DNA of 64,000 bases, from positions 10,540,001 through 10,604,000 of the forward strand of contig OZ024763.1 of assembly GCA_964016885.1 (NCBI GenBank), in the 5' to 3' direction. This document shows positions 14,901 to 30,700 of the stretch, in pieces. The notes beneath the pieces were generated by a model. The model ran no database searches. It was not told the DNA's origin and worked only from the letters and a program-made list of their open reading frames with translations. A program made the translations under genes and the position numbers. This DNA is from Eledone cirrhosa. Lineage: Eukaryota. How positions within the stretch are numbered: the stretch's first letter is position 1; the number at the start of each line of letters is the position of its first letter.

Positions 14901-17900
14901 TGATGTCGTTTTAGCCATTTAATCATTTATGATGCCGTTTTAGACATTTTCGAGACGTTTTAGTCATTTATAAAGCCGTTTTAGCCAATTTAGAGTCGTT
15001 TTACTCATCTATGATACTGTTTTAGACAATTTAGGCATTGATGATGTCGTTTTAGCCATTTAAGTGTCATTTTCGTCATTTATGATGCCATTTTAGCTAT
15101 TTTAGTCTATTTATGATGCCGTTTTAGTCATTGTAGACTCATTTTAGTCATTTATAATGCCGTTTTAGCCATTTTAGAGTCGAGTTAGCCATCTATGATG
15201 CTGTTTTAGCCATTTTAGGAATTGATGATGCCGTTTTAGTCATTTAAGAGTCATTTTCGTCATTTATGATGCCATTTTAGCCATTTTGGAGTCATTTTGT
15301 CATTTATAACGCTGCTTTAGCCATTTTAGTCATGTATCATGCCGTTTTAGCCATTTTAGACTCATTTTAGTCATTTATAATGCCGTTTTAGTCATTTTAG
15401 AGGCGTTTTACTCATGTATGATGCTGTTTTACCCATTTTAGGCATTGATGATGCCGTTTTAGCAATTTAAGAGTCATTTTCGTCATTTATAATGCCATTT
15501 TAGCCATTTTAGACTCATTTTAGTCATTTGTAATGCCGTTTTACCCATTTTAGTCATTTATAATGAAGTTTTAGCCATTTTAGAGTCATTTTAGTCATTT
15601 ATGATACCGTTTTAGCCATTTTAGAGTCGTTTTAGCCATTATAGTCTTTTGTGATGCCATTTTAGCCATTTTAGAGTCATTTTAGTCATTTATAATGCTG
15701 TTTTAGCTATTTTAGAGTCATTTTAGTCATTTATGATGTCGTTTTAGCCATTTAATCATTTATGATGCCGTTTTAGACATTTTCGAGACGTTTTAGTCAT
15801 TTATTAAGCCGTTTTAGCCCTTTTAGGCATTGATGATGCCGTTTTAGAAATTTAAGAGTCATTTTCGTCATTTATGATGCCATTTTAGCCATTTCAGAGT
15901 CATTTTGTCATTTATAATGCCGTTTTAGACATTTTAAACTCATTTTAGTCATGTATAATGCTTTTTAGCCATTTTAGAGTCGTTTTACTCATCTATGATG
16001 CTGTTTTAGACAATTTAGGCATTGATGATGCCGTTTTAGTCATTTAAGAGTCATTTTCGTCATTTATGATGCCATTTTGGAGTCATTTTGTCATTTATAA
16101 CGCTGTTTTAGCCATTTTAGTCATGTATCATGCCGTTTTAGCCATTTTGGACTCATTTTAGTCATTTATAATGCCGTATTAGCCATTTTAGCAATTCATA
16201 ATGACGTTTTAGTCATTGTAGACTCATTTTAGTCATTTATGATGCCATTTTAGTCATTCATGATGCCGTTTTAGCCATTTCAGAGTCGTTTTAGACATCT
16301 ATGATGCTGATTTAGCCATTTTAGGCATTGATGATGTCGTTTTAGCCATTTAAGTGTCATTTTCGTCATTTATGATGCCATTTTAGCTATTTTAGTCATT
16401 TATGATGCCGTTTTAGTCATTGTAGACTCATTTTAGTCATTTATAATGCCGTTTTAGCCATTTTAGAGTCGTGTTAGCCATCTATGATGCTGTTTTAGCC
16501 ATTTTAGGCATTAATGATGCCGTTTTAGTCATTTAAGAGTCATTTTCGTCATTTATGATGCCATTTTAGCCATTATCGAGTCATTTTGTCATTTATAACG
16601 CTGCTTTAGCCATTTTAGTCATGTATCATGCCGTTTTAGCCATTTTAGACTCATTTTAGTCATTTATAATGCCGTTTTAGTCATTTTAGAGGCGTTTTAC
16701 TCATGTATGATGCTGTTTTAGCCATTTTAGGCATTGATGATGCCGTTTTAGCAATTTAAGAGTCATTTTCGTCATTTATAATGCCATTTTAGCCATTTTA
16801 GACTCATTTTAGTCATTTATAATGCCTTTTTACCCATTTTAGTCATTTATAATGAAGTTTTAGCCATTTTAGAGTCATTTTAGTCATTTATGATGCCGTT
16901 TTAGCCATTATAGTCATTTGTGATGCCGTTTTAGCCATTTTAGAGTCATTTTAGTCATTTATAATGCTGTTTTAGCTATTTTAGAGTCATTTTAGTCATT
17001 TATGATGTCGTTTTAGCCATTTAATCATTTATGATGCCGTTTTAGACATTTTCGAGACGTTTTAGTCATTTATTAAGCCGTTTTAGCCATTCTAGGCATT
17101 GATGATGCCGTTTTAGAAATTTAAGAGTCATTTTCGTCATTTATGATGCCATTTTAGCCATTTCAGAGTCATTTTGTCATTTATAATGGCGTTTTAGACA
17201 TTTTAAACTCATTTTAGTCATGTATAATGCTTTTAGCCATTTTAGAGTCGTTTTACTCATCTATGATGCTGTTTTAGACAATTTAGGCATTGATGATGCC
17301 GTTTTAGTCATTTAAGAGTCATTTTCGTCATTCATGATGTCATTTTGGAGTCATTTTGTCATTTATAACGCTGTTTTAGCCATTTTAGTCATGTATCATG
17401 CCGTTTTAGCCATTTTGGACTCATTTTAGTCATTTATAATGCCGTTTTAGTCATTTTAGTAATTTATAATGACGTTTTAGTCATTGTAGACTCATTTTAG
17501 TCATTTATGATGCCATTTTAGTCATTCATGATGCCGTTTTAGCCATTTCAGAGTCGTTTTAGACATCTATGATGCTGATTTAGCCATTTTAGGCATTGAT
17601 GATGTCGTTTTAGCCATTTAAGTGTCATTTTCGTCATTTATGATGCCATTTTAGCTATTTTAGTCATTTATGATGCCGTTTTAGTCATTGTAGACTCATT
17701 TTAGTCATTTATAATGCCGTTTTAGCCATTTTAGAGTCGTATTAGCCATCTATGATGCTGTTTTAGCCATTTTAGGCATTGATGATGCCGTTTTAGTCAT
17801 TTAAGAGTCATTTTCGTCATTTATGATGCCATTTTAGCCATTTTGGAGTCATTTTGTCATTTATAACACTGCTTTAGCCATTTTAGTCATGTATCATGCC

Positions 17901-20900
17901 GTTTTAGCCATTTTAGACTCATTTTAGTCATTTATAATGCCGTTTTAGTCATTTTAGAGGCGTTTTACTCATGTATGATGCTGTTTTACCCATTTTAGGC
18001 ATTGATGATGCCGTTTTAGCAATTTAAGAGTCATTTTCGTCATTTATAATGCCATTTTAGCCATTTTAGACTCATTTTAGTCATTTGTAATGCCGTTTTA
18101 CCCATTTTAGTCATTTATAATGAAGTTTTAGCCATTTTAGAGTCATTTTAGTCATTTATGATACCGTTTTAGCCATTTAGAGTCGTTTTAGCCATTATAG
18201 TCTTTTGTGATGCCATTTTAGCCATTTTAGAGTCATTTTAGTCATTTATAATGCTGTTTTAGCTATTTTAGAGTCATTTTAGTCATTTATGATGTCGTTT
18301 TAGCCATTTAATCATTTATGATGCCGTTTTAGACATTTTCGAGACGTTTTAGTCATTTATTAAGCCGTTTTAGCCCTTTTAGGCATTGATGATGCCGTTT
18401 TAGAAATTTAAGAGTCATTTTCGTCATTTATGATGCCATTTTAGCCATTTCAGAGTCATTTTGTCATTTATAATGCCGTTTTAGACATTTTAAACTCATT
18501 TTAGTCATGTATAATGCTTTTTAGCCATTTTAGAGTCGTTTTACTCATCTATGATGCTGTTTTAGACAATTTAGGCATTGATGATGCCGTTTTAGTCATT
18601 TAAGAGTCATTTTCGTCATTTATGATGCCATTTTGGAGTCATTTTGTCATTTATAACGCTGTTTTAGCCATTTTAGTCATGTATCATGCCGTTTTAGCCA
18701 TTTTGGACTCATTTTAGTCATTTATAATGCCGTATTAGCCATTTTAGCAATTCATAATGACGTTTTAGTCATTGTAGACTCATTTTAGTCATTTATGATG
18801 CCATTTTAGTCATTCATGATGCCGTTTTAGCCATTTTAGAGTCGTTTTAGACATCTATGATGCTGATTTAGCCATTTTAGGCATTGATGATGTCGTTTTA
18901 GCCATTTAAGTGTCATTTTCGTCATTTATGATGCCATTTTAGCTATTTTAGTCATTTATGATGCCGTTTTAGTCATTGTAGACTCATTTTAGTCATTTAT
19001 AATGCCGTTTTAGCCATTTTAGAGTCGTGTTAGCCATCTATGATGCTGTTTTAGCCATTTTAGGCATTAATGATGCCGTTTTAGTCATTTAAGAGTCATT
19101 TTCGTCATTTATGATGCCATTTTAGCCATTATCGAGTCATTTTGTCATTTATAACGCTGCTTTAGCCATTTTAGTCATGTATCATGCCGTTTTAGCCATT
19201 TTAGACTCATTTTAGTCATTTATAATGCCGTTTTAGTCATTTTAGAGGCGTTTTACTCATGTATGATGCTGTTTTAGCCATTTTAGGCATTGATGATGCC
19301 GTTTTAGCAATTTAAGAGTCCTTTTCGTCATTTATAATGCCATTTTAGCCATTTTAGACTCATTTTAGTCATTTATAATGCCTTTTTACCCATTTTAGTC
19401 ATTTATAATGAAGTTTAGCCATTTTAGAGTCATTTTAGTCATTTATGATGCCGTTTTAGCCATTATAGTCATTTGTGATGCCGTTTTAGCCATTTTAGAG
19501 TCATTTTAGTCATTTATAATGCTGTTTTAGCTATTTTAGAGTCATTTTAGTCATTTATGATGTCGTTTTAGCCATTTAATCATTTATGATGCCGTTTTAG
19601 ACATTTTCGAGACGTTTTAGTCATTTATTAAGCCGTTTTAGCCATTCTAGGCATTGATGATGCCGTTTTAGAAATTTAAGAGTCATTTTCGTCATTTATG
19701 ATGCCATTTTAGCCATTTCAGAGTCATTTTGTCATTTATAATGGCGTTTTAGACATTTTAAACTCATTTTAGTCATGTATAATGCTTTTAGCCATTTTAG
19801 AGTCGTTTTACTCATCTATGATGCTGTTTTAGACAATTTAGGCATTGATGATGCCGTTTTAGTCATTTAAGAGTCATTTTCGTCATTTATGATGTCATTT
19901 TGGAGTCATTTTGTCATTTATAACGCTGTTTTAGCCATTTTAGTCATGTATCATGCCGTTTTAGCCATTTTGGACTCATTTTAGTCATTTATAATGCCGT
20001 TTTAGTCATTTTAGTAATTTATAATGACGTTTTAGTCATTGTAGACTCATTTTAGTCATTTATGATGCCATTTTAGTCATTCATGATGCCGTTTTAGCCA
20101 TTTCAGAGTCGTTTTAGACATCTATGATGCTGATTTAGCCATTTTAGGCATTGATGATGTCGTTTTAGCCATTTAAGTGTCATTTTCGTCATTTATGATG
20201 CCATTTTAGCTATTTTAGTCATTTATGATGCCGTTTTAGTCATTGTAGACTCATTTTAGTCATTTATAATGCCGTTTTAGCCATTTTAGAGTCGTATTAG
20301 CCATCTATGATGCTGTTTTAGCCATTTTAGGCATTGATGATGCCGTTTTAGTCATTTAAGAGTCATTTTCGTCATTTATGATGCCATTTTAGCCATTTTG
20401 GAGTCATTTTGTCATTTATAACACTGCTTTAGCCATTTTAGTCATGTATCATGCCGTTTTAGCCATTTTAGACTCATTTTAGTCATTTATAATGCCGTTT
20501 TAGTCATTTTAGAGGCGTTTTACTCATGTATGATGCTGTTTTAGCCATTTTAGGCATTGATGATGCCGTTTTAGCAATTTAAGAGTCATTTTCGTCATTT
20601 ATAATGCCATTTTAGCCATTTTAGACTCATTTTAGTCATTTATAATGCCTTTTTACCCATTTTAGTCATTTATAATGAAGTTTTAGCCATTTTAGAGTCA
20701 TTTTAGTCATTTATGATGCCGTTTTAGCCATTATAGTCATTTGTGATGCCGTTTTAGCCATTTTAGAGTCATTTTAGTCATTTATAATGCTGTTTTAGCT
20801 ATTTTAGAGTCATTTTAGTCATTTATGATGTCGTTTTAGCCATTTAATCATTTATGATGCCGTTTTAGACATTTTCGAGACGTTTTAGTCATTTATTAAG

Positions 20901-23900
20901 CCGTTTTAGCCATTTTAGGCATTGATGATGCCGTTTTAGAAATTTAAGAGTCATTTTCGTCATTTATGATGCCATTTTAGCCATTTCAGAGTCATTTTGT
21001 CATTTATAATGCCGTTTTAGACATTTTAAACTCATTTTAGTCATGTATAATGCTTTTTAGCCATTTTAGAGTCGTTTTACTCATCTATGATGCTGTTTTA
21101 GACAATTTAGGCATTGATGATGCCGTTTTAGTCATTTAAGAGTCATTTTCGTCATTTATGATGCCATTTTGGAGTCATTTTGTCATTTATAACGCTGTTT
21201 TAGCCATTTTAGTCATGTATCATGCCGTTTTAGCCATTTTGGACTCATTTTAGTCATTTATAATGCCGTTTTAGCCATTTTAGTAATTTATAATGACGTT
21301 TTAGTCATTGTAGACTCATTTTAGTCATTTATGATGCCATTTTAGTCATTCATGATGCCGTTTTAGCCATTTCAGAGTCGTTTTAGACATCTATGATGCT
21401 GATTTAGCCATTTTAGGCATTGATGATGTCGTTTTAGCCATTTAAGTGTCATTTTCGTCATTTATGATGCCATTTTAGCTATTTTAGTCATTTATGATGC
21501 CGTTTTAGTCATTGTAGACTCATTTTAGTCATTTATAATGCCGTTTTAGCCATTTTAGAGTCGTATTAGCCATCTATGATGCTGTTTTAGCCATTTTAGG
21601 CATTGATGATGCCGTTTTAGTCATTTAAGAGTCATTTTCGTCATTTATGATGCCATTTTAGCCATTTTGGAGTCATTTTGTCATTTATAACGCTGCTTTA
21701 GCCATTTTAGTCATGTATCATGCCGTTTTAGCCATTTTAGACTCATTTTAGTCATTTATAATGCCGTTTTAGTCATTTTAGAGGCGTTTTACTCATGTAT
21801 GATGCTGTTTTAGCCATTTTAGGCATTGATGATGCCGTTTTAGCAATTTAAGAGTCATTTTCGTCATTTATAATGCCATTTTAGCCATTTTAGACTCATT
21901 TTAGTCATTTATAATGCCTTTTTACCCATTTTAGTCATTTATAATGAAGTTTTAGCCATTTTAGAGTCATTTTAGTCATTATGATGCCGTTTTAGCCATT
22001 ATAGTCATTTGTGATGCCGTTTTAGCCATTTTAGAGTCATTTTAGTCATTTATAATGCTGTTTTAGCTATTTTAGAGTCATTTTAGTCATTTATGATGTC
22101 GTTTTAGCCATTTAATCATTTATGATGCCGTTTTAGACATTTTCGAGACGTTTTAGTCATTTATTAAGCCGTTTTAGCCATTTTAGGCATTGATGATGCC
22201 GTTTTAGAAATTTAAGAGTCATTTTCGTCATTTATGATGCCATTTTAGCCATTTCAGAGTCATTTTGTCATTTATAATGGCGTTTTAGACATTTTAAACT
22301 CATTTTAGTCATGTATAATGCTTTTTAGCCATTTTAGAGTCGTTTTACTCATCTATGATGCTGTTTTAGACAATTTAGGCATTGATGATGCCGTTTTAGT
22401 CATTTAAGAGTCATTTTCGTCATTTATGATGCCATTTTGGAGTCATTTTGTCATTTATAACGCTGTTTTAGCCATTTTAGTCATGTATCATGCCGTTTTA
22501 GCCATTTTGGACTCATTTTAGTCATTTATAATGCCGTTTTAGCCATTTTAGTAATTTATAATGACGTTTTAGTCATTGTAGACTCATTTTAGTCATTTAT
22601 GATGCCATTTTAGTCATTCATGATGCCGTTTTAGCCATTTCAGAGTCGTTTTAGACATCTATGATGCTGATTTAGCCATTTTAGGCATTGATGATGTCGT
22701 TTTAGCCATTTAAGTGTCATTTTCGTCATTTATGATGCCATTTTAGCTATTTTAGTCATTTATGATGCCGTTTTAGTCATTGTAGACTCATTTTAGTCAT
22801 TTATAATGCCGTTTTAGCCATTTTAGAGTCGTGTTAGCCATCTATGATGCTGTTTTAGCCATTTTAGGCATTAATGATGCCGTTTTAGTCATTTAAGAGT
22901 CATTTTCGTCATTTATGATGCCATTTTAGCCATTTTGGAGTCATTTTGTCATTTATAACGCTGCTTTAGCCATTTTAGTCATGTATCATGCCGTTTTAGC
23001 CATTTTAGACTCATTTTAGTCATTTATAATGCCGTTTTAGTCATTTTAGAGGCGTTTTACTCATGTATGATGCTGTTTTACCCATTTTAGGCATTGATGA
23101 TGCCGTTTTAGCAATTTAAGAGTCATTTTCGTCATTTATAATGCCATTTTAGCCATTTTAGACTCATTTTAGTCATTTGTAATGCTGTTTTACCCATTTT
23201 AGTCATTTATAATGAAGTTTTAGCCATTTTAGAGTCATTTTAGTCATTTATGATGCCGTTTTTGCCATCTTAGAGTCGTTTAGCCATTATAGTCTTTTGT
23301 GATGCCGTTTTAGCCATTTTAGAGTCATTTTAGTCATTTATGATGTCGTTTTAGCCATTTAATCATTTATGATGCCGTTTTAGACATTTTCGAGACGTTT
23401 TAGTCATTTATTAAGCCGTTTTAGCCATTTTAGAGTCGTTTTACTCATCTATGATGCTGTTTTAGACAATTTAGGCATTGATGATGCCGTTTTAGTCATT
23501 TAAGAGTCATTTTCGTCATTTATGATGCCATTTTGGAGTCATTTTGTCATTTATAACGCTGTTTTAGCCATTTTGGTCATGTATCATGCCGTTTTAGCCA
23601 TTTTGGACTCATTTTAGTCATTTATAATGCCGTTTTAGCCATTTTAGTAATTTATAATGACGTTTTAGTCATTGTAGACTCATTTTAGTCATTTATGATG
23701 CCATTTTAGTCATTCATGATGCCGTTTTAGCCATTTTAGAGTCGTTTTAGACATCTATGATGCTGATTTAGCCATTTTAGGCATTGATGATGTCGTTTTA
23801 GCCATTTAAGTGTCATTTTCGTCATTTATGATGCCATTTTAGCTAATTTAGTCATTTATGATGCCGTTTTAGTCATTGTAGACTCATTTTAGTCATTTAT

Positions 23901-26900
23901 AATGCCGTTTTAGCCATTTTAGAGTCGTGTTAGCCATCTATGATGCTGTTTTAGCCATTTTAGGCATTGATGATGCCGTTTTAGTCATTTAAGAGTCATT
24001 TTCGTCATTTATGATGCCATTTTAGCCATTATCGAGTCATTTTGTCATTTATAACGCTGCTTTAGCCATTTTAGTCATGTATCATGCCGTTTTAGCCATT
24101 TTAGACTCATTTTAGTCATTTATAATGCCGTTTTAGTCATTTTAGAGGCGTTTTACTCATGTATGATGCTGTTTTACCCATTTTAGGCATTGATGATGCC
24201 GTTTTAGCAATTTAAGAGTCATTTTCGTCATTTATAATGCCATTTTAGCCATTTTAGACTCATTTTAGTCATTTATAATGCCTTTTTACCCATTTTAGTC
24301 ATTTATAATGAAGTTTTAGCCATTTTAGAGTCATTTTAGTCATTTATGATGCCGTTTTAGCCATTTTAGAGTCGTTTAAGCCATCTATGATGCTGTTTTA
24401 GCCATTTTAGGCATTGATGATGCAGTTTTAGCCATTTTAGAGTCATTTTAGTCATTTACGATGCCGTTTTAGCCATTATAGTCATTTGTGATGCCGTTTT
24501 AGCCATTTTAGAGTCATTTTAGTCATTTATAATGCTGTTTTTGCTATTTTAGAGTCATTTTAGTCATTTATGATGTCGTTTTAGCCATTTAATCATTTAT
24601 GATGCCGTTTTAGACATTTTCGAGACGTTTTAGTCATTTATTAAGCCGTTTTAGCCATTTTAGGCATTGATGATGCCGTTTTAGAAATTTAAGAGTCATT
24701 TTCGTCATTTATGATGCCATTTTAGCCATTTCAGAGTCATTTGTCATTTATAATGCCGTTTTAGACATTTTAAACTCATTTTAGTCATGTATAATGCTTT
24801 TTAGCCATTTTAGAGTCGTTTTACTCATCTATGATGCTGTTTTAGACAATTTAGGCATTGATGATGCCGTTTTAGTCATTTAAGAGTCATTTTCGTCATT
24901 TATGATGCCATTTTGGAGTCATTTTATCATTTATAACGCTGTTTTAGCCATTTTAGTCATGTATCATGCCGTTTTAGCCATTTTGGACTCATTTTAGTCA
25001 TTTATAATGCCGTATTAGCCATTTTAGTAATTTATAATGACGTTTTAGTCATTGTAGACTCATTTTAGTCATTTATGATGCCATTTTAGTCATTCATGAT
25101 GCCGTTTTAGCCATTTTAGAGTCGTTTTAGACATCTATGATGCTGATTTAGCCATTTTAGGCATTGATGATGTCGTTTTAGCCATTTAAGTGTCATTTTC
25201 GTCATTTATGATGCCATTTTAGCTAATTTAGTCATTTATGATGCCGTTTTAGTCATTGTAGACTCATTTTAGTCATTTATAATGCCGTTTTAGCCATTTT
25301 AGAGTCGTGTTAGCCATCTATGATGCTGTTTTAGCCATTTTAGGCATTGATGATGCCGTTTTAGTCATTTAAGAGTCATTTTCGTCATTTATGATGCCAT
25401 TTTAGCCATTATCGAGTCATTTTGTCATTTATAACGCTGCTTTAGCCATTTTAGTCATGTATCATGCCGTTTTAGCCATTTTAGACTCATTTTAGTCATT
25501 TATAATGCCGTTTTAGTCATTTAGAGGCGTTTTACTCATGTATGATGCTGTTTTACCCATTTTAGGCATTGATGATGCCGTTTTAGCAATTTAAGAGTCA
25601 TTTTCGTCATTTATAATGCCATTTTAGCCATTTTAGACTCATTTTAGTCATTTATAATGCCTTTTTACCCATTTTAGTCATTTATAATGAAGTTTTAGCC
25701 ATTTTAGAGTCATTTTAGTCATTTATGATGCCGTTTTAGCCATTTTAGAGTCGTTTAAGCCATCTATGATGCTGTTTTAGCCATTTCAGGCATTGATGAT
25801 GCAGTTTTAGCCATTTTAGAGTCATTTTAGTCATTTACGATGCCGTTTTAGCCATTATAGTCATTTGTGATGCCGTTTTAGCCATTTTAGAGTCATTTTA
25901 GTCATTTATAATGCTGTTTTTGCTATTTTAGAGTCATTTTAGTCATTTATGATGTCGTTTTAGCCATTTAATCATTTATGATGCCGTTTTAGACATTTTC
26001 GAGACGTTTTAGTCATTTATTAAGCCGTTTTCGCCATTTTAGGCATTGATGATGCCGTTTTAGAAATTTAAGAGTCATTTTCGTCATTTATGATGCCATT
26101 TTAGCCATTTCAGAGTCATTTTGTCATTTATAATGCCGTTTTAGACATTTTAAACTCATTTTAGTCATGTATAATGCTTTTTAGCCATTTTAGAGTCGTT
26201 TTACTCATCTATGATGCTGTTTTAGACAATTTAGGCATTGATGATGCCGTTTTAGTCATTTAAGAGTCATTTTCGTCATTTATGATGCCATTTTGGAGTC
26301 ATTTTATCATTTATAACGCTGTTTTAGCCATTTAATCATGTATCATGCCGTTTTAGCCATTTTGGACTCATTTTAGTCATTTATAATGCCGTATTAGCCA
26401 TTTTAGTAATTTATAATGACGTTTTAGTCATTGTAGACTCATTTTAGTCATTTATGATGCCATTTTAGTCATTCATGATGCCGTTTTTAGCCATTTTAGA
26501 GTCGTGTTAGCCATCTATGATGCTGTTTTAGCCATTTTAGGCATTGATGATGCCGTTTTAGTCATTTAAGAGTCATTTTCGTCATTTATGATGCCATTTT
26601 AGCCATTTTGGAGTCATTTTGTCATTTATAACGGTGTTTTAGCCATTTTAGTCATGTATCATGCCGTTTTAGCCATTTTGGACTCATTTTAGTCATCTAT
26701 AATGCCGTTTTAGCCATTTTAGTAATTTATAATGACGTTTTAGTCATTGTAGACTCATTTTAGTCATTTATGATGCCATTTTAGTCATTTTAGAGTCGTG
26801 TTAGCCATCTATGATGCTGTTTTAGCCATTTTAGGCATTGATGATGCCGTTTTAGTCATTTAAGAGTCATTTTCGTCATTTATAATGCCATTTTAGCCAT

Positions 26901-27551
26901 TTTAGACTCATTTTAGTCATTTGTAATGCTGTTTTACCCATTTTAGTCATTTATAATGAAGTTTTAGCCATTTTAGAGTCATTTTAGTCATTTATGATGC
27001 CGTTTTTGCCATCTTAGAGTCGTTTAGCCATTATAGTCTTTTGTGATGCCGTTTTAGCCATTTTAGAGTCATTTTAGTCATTTATGATGTCGTTTTAGCC
27101 ATTTAATCATTTATGATGCCGTTTTAGACATTTTCGAGACGTTTTAGTCATTTATTAAGCCGTTTTAGCCATTTTAGAGTCGTTTTACTCATCTATGATG
27201 CTGTTTTAGACAATTTAGGCATTGATGATGCCGTTTTAGTCATTTAAGAGTCATTTTCGTCATTTATGATGCCATTTTGGAGTCATTTTGTCATTTATAA
27301 CGCTGTTTTAGCCATTTTGGTCATGTATCATGCCGTTTTAGCCATTTTGGACTCATTTTAGTCATTTATAATGCCGTTTTAGCCATTTTAGTAATTTATA
27401 ATGACGTTTTAGTCATTGTAGACTCATTTTAGTCATTTATGATGCCATTTTAGTCATTCATGATGCCGTTTTAGCCATTTTAGAGTCGTTTTAGACATCT
27501 ATGATGCTGATTTAGCCATTTTAGGCATTGATGATGTCGTTTTAGCCATTT
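11981..27551. repeat. Satellite built from 10-12-bp subunits with ~1.27-1.34 kb higher-order repeat (~12-13 copies)
   Basis: Subunits GCCGTTTTAG / CCATTTTAGA / GTCATTTATGAT; marker TTTTCGAGACG recurs at about 12369, 13657, 14947, 15780, 17049, 18336, 19604, 20872, 22140, 23387, 24617, 25996, 27131. Confidence 0.95.
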
Positions 27552-27751
27552 NNNNNNNNNNNNNNNNNNNNNNNNNNNNNNNNNNNNNNNNNNNNNNNNN
27601 NNNNNNNNNNNNNNNNNNNNNNNNNNNNNNNNNNNNNNNNNNNNNNNNNNNNNNNNNNNNNNNNNNNNNNNNNNNNNNNNNNNNNNNNNNNNNNNNNNNN
27701 NNNNNNNNNNNNNNNNNNNNNNNNNNNNNNNNNNNNNNNNNNNNNNNNNNN
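27552..27751. other. Assembly gap (200 N)
   Basis: Run of exactly 200 N, typical of a scaffolding join of unknown true size. Confidence 0.99.
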
Positions 27752-30700
27752 ATGGCTTCTACCGCACTAGTTTGATGGAAATAGTAGTGTATATGCAATA
27801 TTTAATGCAGAAATGGCTTCTACCGCACTAATTTGATGGAAATAGTAGTGTATAGGCAATATTTAATGCAGAAATGGCTTCTAACGCACTAATTTGATGG
27901 AAATAGTAGTGTATATGCAATATATAATACAGAAATGGCTTCTACCGCACTAAATTGATGGAAATAGTAGTGTATATGCAATATTTAATGCAGAAATGGC
28001 TTCTAACGCACTAATTTGATGGAAATAGTAGTGTATATGCAATATTTAATACAGAAATGGCTTCTACCGCACTAATTTGATGGAAATAGTAGTGTATATG
28101 CAATATTTAATACAGAAATGGCTTCTACCGCACTAATTTGATGGAAATAGTAGTGTATATGCAATGTTTAATACAGAAATGGCTTCTACCGAACTAATTT
28201 GATGGAAATGGTAGTGTATATGCAATATTTAATACAGAAATGGCTTCTACCGCACTAATTTGATGGAAATAGTAGTGTATAGGCAATATTTAATGCAGAA
28301 ATGGCTTCTAACGCACTAATTTGATGGAAATAGTAGTGTATATGCAATATTTAATACAGAAATGGCTTCTACCGCACTAATTTGATGGAAATAGTAGTGT
28401 ATATGCAATATTTAATGCAGAAATGGATTCTAACGCACTAATTTGATGGAAATAGTAGTGTATATGCAATATTTAATGCAGAAATGGCTTCTACCGCACT
28501 AATTTGATGGAAATAGTAGTGTATATGCAATATTTAATGCAGAAATGGCTTCTACCGCACTAATTTGATGGAAATAGTAGTGTATATGCAATATTTAATA
28601 CAGAAATGGCTTCTAACGCACTAATTTGATGGAAATAGTAGTGTATATGCAATATTTAATACAGAAATGGCTTCTACCGCACTAATTTGATGGAAATAGT
28701 AGTGTATATGCAATATTTAATACAGAAATGGCTTCTACCGCACTAATTTGATTGAAATAGTAGTGTACATGCAATATTTAATGCAGAAATGGCTTCTACC
28801 GCACTAATTTGTTGAAATAGTACTGTATATGCAAAATTTGATACAGAAATGGCTTCTACCGCACTAATTTGATGGAAATAGTAGTGTATATGCAATATTA
28901 AATACAGAAATGGCTTCTACCGCACTAATTTGATGGAAATAGTAGTGTATATGCAATATTTAATGCAGAAATGGCTTCTAACGCACTAATTTGATGGAAA
29001 TAGTAGTGTTTATGCAATATTTAATACAGAAATGGCTTCTACAGCACGAATTGGATGGAAATAGTAGTGTATATGCAATGTTTAATACAGAAATGGCTTC
29101 TACCGCACTAATTTGATGAAAATGCTAGTGTATATGCAATATTTAATACAGAAATGGCTTCTACCGCACTAATTTGATTGAAATAGTAGTGTATATGCAA
29201 TACTTAATGCACAAATGGCTTCTACCGCACTAATTTGATGGAAATAGTAGTGTATATGCAATATTTAATGCAGAAATGGCTTCTAACGCACTAATTTGAT
29301 GGAAATAGTAGTGTATATGCAATATTTAATACAGAAATGGCTTCTACCGCACTAATTTGATGGAAATAGTAGTGTATATGCAATATTTAATGCAGAAATG
29401 GCTTCTAACGCACTAATTTGATGGAAATAGTAGTGTATATGCAATATTTAATACAGAAATGGCTTCTACCGCACTAATTTGATGGAAATAGTAGTGTATA
29501 TGCAATATTTAATACAGAAATGGCTTCTACCGCACTAATTTGATGGAAATAGTAGTGTATATGCAATATTTAATGCAGAAATGGCTTCTAACGCACTAAT
29601 TTGATGGAAATAGTAGTGTATATGCAATATTTAATGCAGAAATGGCTTCTAACGCACTAATTTGATGGAAATAGTAGTGTATATGCAATATTTAATACAG
29701 AAATGGCTTCTACCGCACTAGTTTGATTGAAATAGTAGTGTATATGCAATATTTAATAGAGAAATGGCTTCTACAGCACTAATTGGATGGAAATAGTAGT
29801 GTATATGCAATGTTTAATACAGAAATGGCTTCTAACGCACTAATTTGATGGAAATAGTAGTGTATATGCAATATTTAATACAGAAATGGCTTCTACCGCA
29901 CTAATTTGATTGAAATAGTAGTGTACATGCAATATTTAATGCAGAAATGGCTTCTACCGCACTAATTTGTTGAAATAGTAGTGTATATGCAAAATTTGAT
30001 ACAGAAATGGCTTCTACCGCACTAATTTGATGGAAATAGTAGTGTATATGCAATATTTAATACAGAAATGGCTTCTACCGCACTAATTTGATGGAAATAG
30101 TAGTGTATATGCAATATTAAATACAGAAATGGCTTCTACCGCACTAATTTGATGGAAATAGTAGTGTATATGCAATATTTAATACAGAAATGGCTTCTAC
30201 CGCACTAATTTGATGGAAATAGTAGTGTATATGCAATATTTAATACAGAAATGGCTTCTACCTCACTAATTTGAGAGAAATAGTAGTGTATATGCAATAT
30301 TTAATGCAGAAATGCCTTCTACCGCACTAATTTGATGGAAATAGTAGTGTATATGCAATATTTAATGCAGAAATGGCTTCTACCGCACTAATTTGATGGA
30401 AATAGTAGTGTATATGCAATATTTAATACAGAAATGGCTTCTAACGCACTAATTTGATGGAAATAGTAGTGTATATGCAATATTTAATACAGAAATGGCT
30501 TCTACAGCACTAATTGGATGGAAATAGTAGTGTATATGCAATGTTTAATACAGAAATGGCTTCTACCGCACTAATTTGATGAAAATGCTAGTGTATATGC
30601 AATATTTAATACAGAAATGGCTTCTACCGCACTAATTTGATGGAAATAGTAGTGTATATGCAATATTTAATGCAGAAATGGCTTCTACCGCACTAATTTG

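Noticed and set aside
11981-27551. Telomere-like TTAGG/TTAGC words
   Set aside because: No tandem (TTAGGG)n or (TTAGG)n; the words are parts of 10-12-bp subunits
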